From Tubiluchus corallicola (taxonomy: Eukaryota > Animalia > Priapulida): a stretch of DNA of 64,000 nucleotides. How positions within the stretch are numbered: position 1 is the stretch's first letter; every line of letters begins with the position of its first letter. A program made the translations under genes and the position numbers. Location of the stretch: assembly GCA_030141605.1 (NCBI GenBank), contig JAQGDQ010000333.1:62001-126000 (forward strand), given 5' to 3'. Shown here in pieces: positions 58,426 to 64,000 of this stretch. The notes under the pieces were generated by a model. It made no database searches, was not told where the DNA came from, and was given only the letters and a program-made list of their open reading frames with translations.

Positions 58426-59989
58426 CTGAAAAAGAATTAAATAGTACAGACTCCATGCATTCTCTTGTTTAGATTTAGAAAACAACATTTATCTAAAATT
58501 TCACTGAACCAAAAAGCTTCGCAATTGCTAGCAATGGGAATCTGGCTGTAGTAGATGCCTAACAACAGAGGCATTAAAATCGAAACTGAAAGTAGCTGAA
58601 TTATGAACAAGTACAATCATATGCAATACACCATGTAGACGTCACGTTTTGTGGCGAACCAAAAAATATGGTTTTGTGGCGAACCAAAAACACAATTGGT
58701 TTTGTGGCGAACCAAAAAATTTCCCAACTGCTAGCAATGGGACCTGGCTGTTTACACCTGTAAGAACTTATCTAGACATATATTAGTGAATACATGAATA
58801 AGGTTTTTTGTACAATGCTTTTCATAGAGAGAACAAATCAGTACAATGCAAATTAAAACATATCACACAAAGGTAGGACCTACTTAATCGGATGTGGTTT
58901 ACTATTAAGACAAATCTTCTACCATAAAATGCTGAACTACAGAGGCGTCTAGGATAGAATCAGAATACAGAATGAAACCAGTGGTCAGCCCTACCTTTCC
59001 AACTTAGCGCAGCATTGCTTAACTTTGATCATTAAGCAGCGACTACAATGACATCAGTACACGCATCAATAGCAGACTTGATAGCTTTTAGTTTGCCACT
59101 TTTAAAAAAACGATTGCAATTCATTTGCAAAAAACATATATGAAGTTAAAGTTGCGTTTCAAGAATTATCTTCGAAGCAGTGCCTAGCAGAAAAATGAAG
59201 ATCTGATACAAAGTGTTGCAGTATGTTACAAAAGAACCCTAAATGATGATCACACAGTACTGCCAATTTACAAATAATGTTAAATCGATCGGTTCGTATA
59301 ATGAAAAATAGTAATTGTGTGCTATTTTCATTCAGTCTTTCATCTTTAACGACCTAAGCTTTAACAATAGCTAAGCAAAATTTCAAAGGAGAATAAATAA
59401 ATAATTAACTGAGAAACAAAAAGATTTTGCTATACCTAATGCAAGCTTGGTAAACCAAAGATACACTAACTTTCATGTTATTACAACTACCGTGGGATCT
59501 TTTTTAATCATAAATTTAGTCGTTAATGTATTTCAGTTCACTGTGCTTGGTTGTTTGTTATTTCATGTATTGTCCATTATGTTGTTGTTTTGTTTTTTGT
59601 GAAGATGCTATATATATAATAAATTATAAATTATTTATCAAACTGAAAAACTAGAATTTTATTACTGTTTTACTAGATTACATCTTATCAAAGCTGCAAT
59701 AACCTTCTAGTATGCAATTATATATGTATTTTGTACAATACATGTACTCTGATACTATCATTAACAGTAATTAGAATAAAACTGTCAAAATTTTTCAGTA
59801 ATTTTAACTATGAAGTTTGTCAAATTCTCAACCATAGCATTTGCCTTAAAATGGATGCAAACAACTTTAAAATGTAATGAACCACTTTAACAAATTAATA
59901 GCATGAATTCACAAATTGAAATGTTTGGGGGTGTGATTCTGAAGTTAATGTTGTTACTAATAATTAAAGTTTAGTAATGGCAGGTTTGT

Positions 59990-61952
59990 GTTTATGAAAA
60001 GTAGCCTGTCGTAGTTTCCACATAGCGCACCCGTCATTGTAAATTTGACCTGCTTATGAGAACATCTGTTCAGAATATACACCTAATGGAGGAGCTGCAA
60101 GGCACACTCTTGCAATCTTAGCTATACGAGGAAATTTATCCATATTTTCTTTCCACTGAAGATACTGGTTTTCAGTATGACTGATGGCTGCGCCACTTAA
60201 GTACTAAGCAAGTTCTTTCGCAGCTTTATTTTGAAATGTTTTTTACTGGTCAAGCTGACTTGCTTCACAGTCTTCTTTTATACCAGATCATTATAACTCG
60301 ACCAGTAATTGTTATCTTGCATTTGTTCAGTTTGCTGTTGATCCACTAAAATGTTGTAAGTTACTTTTTCTTCTCAGCTTTCATCATCATATCTTTTTTA
60401 ATAATGTCACTAACATTATATCACGCTTCTTATAGCAATTATCTGCTGGAACTGCACGCAAAAATTGTTATTATTTCACCTGTAACCCAAGGTTTTGCTT
60501 GCTGACATAACATCAAATTATCTTTGTCAAGCCGATTGTTATCAAATCATTTGAAGAAATACAGTTTATAACATGGATCAACTGTCTTGGCAATCACAAA
60601 ATTCTTGTTTTTTGTCATACTTGTATCAACGGTTTGAAATAGGTGTTGCATCTCATCAGCCAATTCTTTTTTCATCGTTTCCACACTGGTTCAGTGTTTC
60701 CGGATCAGTTCTCTAAAGGCATATTACCAGAGTAACTACTTGGGGTACGTCCAATGAAATAGCGGTTTCTTTGCGAGAACTACCCAGTTTTCTAATTTGC
60801 TCAAAAAGAGACAGCAAGCATAGAATTTTGTCGACTGTTTTCCACCGGCCTTTGTCAGGAATTCTAATATTGTTTGTGTCAAAAGCACACTGTCTTAAAA
60901 TTCGCTGTTGTTCAAATGCTCTCTGGAGCATGAAAAAAGTACTGTTCCATCGCGTTGTCAGTGACTGCAGTAACTTATTTTGAGGACATTTGTATTCAAC
61001 TTGTACTTCACTAAGCTTAGTGCTGCTTTCTGATTAAAATGTGTAGTTATATTTTTAATTATAGCAATCACATCACTCACTGTACAATGAGCTAACACCG
61101 CTTTCTGAATAACAAGATGCAAGTGAATGCAAGAAGCAAGCAATTTTGGATATGTTTGCTCAAGTAGTTGCACGGTTCATATTGCTAGCATTGTCACATA
61201 CTAAGACATGCAGGTCTTCATCACCTATTTTTGATTCAGTAAACATTTTATTAAAAACTGTAGCTATATTTTCACCAGTACGAATACCTGGAAATGACTT
61301 TCAATGCAGTACATAATTACGATAATCAAGTTCAGGAGATGATAACCATTATGCACTAAGGCTAAATAAAACTGCTATTGTTTTGGCTTGTTCAAATGTC
61401 ACTGGTTATGCTAACTTTGGTCTTGCACTGTACATTCTCCATTTCAAGGATGTCACAGACTTTCGACTTTACACGACTATAAATGTCAGGAACTACTGTC
61501 CTTGTAACAGGCGAGAAGGCAATTCGTATCTTGGTCCGACAGACAAAATCAACCTAGTGAAATTAGCATTTTCAATCACTAAAATGATTGATTGTCAATT
61601 GCAATCATTTCTCTTATACAATATGAGAGGTTTTGGAACAGCTGTCATTTTATGTCCCATATTTTCTTTTTCTCATATATGTTCCATATTCAAACGTTTC
61701 TGTCAGTGTAGGTTGAGCTGCTACTTTTAGCTCTTTGGCTACATTCGCTTCCCTTAATTTCAGCTCTTTTTCTTTTTGCAAAGTTGCGTATTCTGGCTTA
61801 TGTTTAATTTTTACATAGTTTAATAAACCACTAATTCCATACACTCGCTTTTCAATTGCACTGCTGCGGGACAGTGCAGCATAACATAACTGCCCTCGAC
61901 TTGTCTATTTTGCTGATTTGAAAAAAAAAAGCCACACGCCCGAGCGTCTCAT
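59990..61952 (-). pseudogene. Decayed hAT (ZBED1/ZBED4-like) transposase in a JADE intron
   Basis: BED-like SGVW.FF..LLNYVKIKHKPEY; RYELPSR; WTSQNNSSFISLS; VCDNASNM; CIHLHLVIQ; TRWNSTFFMLQR; hATC region WKENMDKFPRIAKIARVCLAAP..SEQMFS; many stops and frameshifts. Confidence 0.88.
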
Positions 61953-62104
61953 AATTTACAAAAAATGTTTAACGGTAACAATAGGTGTTTTAACTTAAGT
62001 CGACACTGTCGGCTACACTACAATACAAGTGCAGCAGCAGATATTATGGGGATTTTTTAGCCACACTGAATAAACGTTTGTCATGTGTCACTGCATGAAG
62101 ATAC

Positions 62105-62976
62105 TAGGGATGTCACGAATCTGAAATTACGAAACGCGAATGTACACTGAATCTTATTTTCATAATAATTTTCTAATCCGAATCTCAGTTTAAAAGTATT
62201 TTCAGACGCGAATCGAATTAGAAACTCAAATTTTCAGTTTGTTGTTTCAACCGAATCTTTTTCGAATCCATCACACTTTGCATCCAAATTACAGCAGATT
62301 GGTAAGACAGCAGTGTTTTACGAAGAATTACAGATGTACTGTTCGGGAGCAGCACGTTTGACAGTAATTTGGCAATAATAAAAACTATAGAGTATAGATG
62401 ATCTAATTATTTTGTAACAGCTTTTTGTGCCGATGCCAACAATATAACGTGATCCGTTAGTCAAAAAATTCCTCATAGTGCCTTTACCTACACCCCAAGA
62501 GTCCGTGTAATGTGGATGACAAAAAATTCGGCCATTTAAGCCACATAGTGCATTGTTAGCGAAGCCACGTCGTGCGTTGTTAGCAAAACCGCGTTCTGTC
62601 AAAGTAATACAAGAAATCTTAGCATTTTTGTCGAAACTAGCACTTAAAATCATAATGTGACCCGTGCTTTCGCTTAAAACTTCATGAGTTGGACACATGC
62701 TGAAAATGAATATGGCGATGTCGGCATATTTACAGGAGGGCAAAATTACCAAAAAAGGCAGCAATTTCAGGATATTGCCAAAAATTTTAAAGCTAGATGA
62801 GCGTATAATGCTTTTATAACAAAGCACAACCGAATCGCCTCTGTAGCCAAAGCTAAATGGGATTTTTTTCAAAATTCCCTGCCGAATCAGGTCAGATTTG
62901 AAGTAACTTAGATCAAAGCTCTGATTCAGATTCGGTTTCGAAACTCCAGTTCTGTCGGAGCTTCGCGACATTCCTA
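62105..62976. mobile_element. hAT-type MITE (872 bp)
   Basis: TIRs TAGGGATGTCACGAATC / GCTTCGCGACATTCCTA; subterminal CGAATC repeats; 8-bp TSD GAAGATAC / GAAGGTAC. Confidence 0.85.
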
Positions 62977-63715
62977 GAAGGTACACAATAATATCTCATA
63001 CAAATGGGAAAAAAATGTGTGTGAAGTTTTCGCCAAATGCAAACATAGCCAAAACGATCTCGCGAGACTTTTGGTATAATTTTGTTTATTTATTTTCGTC
63101 ACTTAAACTATTCAAAAACCGTTTTCAATAGCCCATTACAAAAACCGTATTATCATGAATACCGAAGTTTTATAACTACCATTGTGATGACAGAGATAAC
63201 TAATGAATGTTTAAAAATGACATTCAAGTATTTTTGACACACTTAATAATGTGGCACTGGTTTCAAATCTGAACTATTTCAAAACTTTAGCATTATGTTA
63301 CAGTTGCTTGAAAATGAGTTTTACCTTTACAGTCCTAAGTTTATGTTGAACAATGCCAGCTCAACAGTTAAGAATCAATTAATATTGGATAACTGAGACA
63401 TGTTTAAAGCACTACTTTACATGCAAAGCAGGCAGTATATCTAGAATATCCACACTGCACAGTATTTTAGCTAAAGTGAATAAACAAAGCTAGTAAAGAT
63501 GTTAGCAAAACTGTTAAAACTAAAGCCAGAATTTCATGGTACTCAGGAGTAACTGGAAGATCTGACGCAATTATCACTTTCGTTCGGCAATACATTAGTT
63601 ATGAAATCGTTAAAACATGGCTGCAAACACCTATCATCTACAAGATACTAATAAAATTTTTAGAAAATATTGCAAATGTGTTGATGAACATGAAAATGAA
63701 AAACAAATGGCATAC

Positions 63716-63876
63716 CAGCAATTAGTCTATCAGCATTAACCATGTGTAACCAGCTGACATCAGCATCATCAAGATCATAGCGACAAACTCGGAATGCTCT
63801 TCTTTCAACTGTTTGTAGCTGATGAATGTGGTTTTGAAAAAAATCATCACGCAATGAACGCAGAAGTTTTTTCGGC
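63716..63876 (-). CDS. JADE: JADE exon (EPL1 domain: PKKLL..VCRYDLDDADVSWLHMVN)
   Basis: Donor G|gtatgc at 63714-63715 (phase 1, matches the next exon); acceptor tttacag| at 63877-63878 likely, but the exon could extend slightly upstream. Confidence 0.85.
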
Positions 63877-64000
63877 CTGTAAATGGACAATACTTGCACC
63901 ACCGACAACAACATCTTGAATAATATTTAAGCAGCATCCGCAGAATAATAACAAGTGCTTTTAAATGACCAAACACACAAAAGTAATACGTAATTTCACT

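Larger units (their letters stand above)
35187..63876 (-). other. JADE: JADE-family gene locus (EPL1-PZP scaffold of the HBO1/KAT7 acetyltransferase complex); 9 coding exons in window, 5' end beyond 64000
   Basis: GT-AG exons with consistent phases reconstruct [91 protein letters not shown], as in JADE1/2/3 (PHF17/15/16); no bromodomain or PWWP follows, unlike BRPF. Confidence 0.95.

Noticed and set aside
62318-62986. 222-aa minus-strand ORF
   Set aside because: Lies within a hAT MITE and crosses its TIR; no recognisable domain
35187-63876. Alternative call as BRPF1/BRD1
   Set aside because: No bromodomain or PWWP after the RQDLER motif; GLGIEFDE and NKPLLTP match JADE

Overview
AT-rich, repeat-dense animal (invertebrate-like) genomic DNA, not prokaryotic. 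It holds one host gene: a minus-strand JADE/PHF17-family EPL1-PHD-zinc knuckle-PHD protein (HBO1 acetyltransferase scaffold). Nine coding exons can be traced from 63876 down to the stop at 35187; the 5' exons lie beyond the window. Positions 1-34.3 kb are nested transposons: a decayed BEL/Pao element carrying a near-intact 6-kb LINE (TSD TAGG), a 3.9-kb Mag-type Gypsy element with near-identical LTRs and a TCTTT TSD, head-to-tail Helentron and Helitron units, and a Tc1/IS630 element inside one Helitron. JADE introns hold hAT elements and MITEs, inverted Penelope-like fragments with minimal hammerhead motifs, and an internally deleted LOA/R1-group LINE (42458-45030, 13-bp TSD). The first base of that LINE is G1 of a well-formed HDV-like self-cleaving ribozyme fold, the strongest non-coding signal here. 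All calls are from reading the sequence by eye; no searches or folding programs were run.
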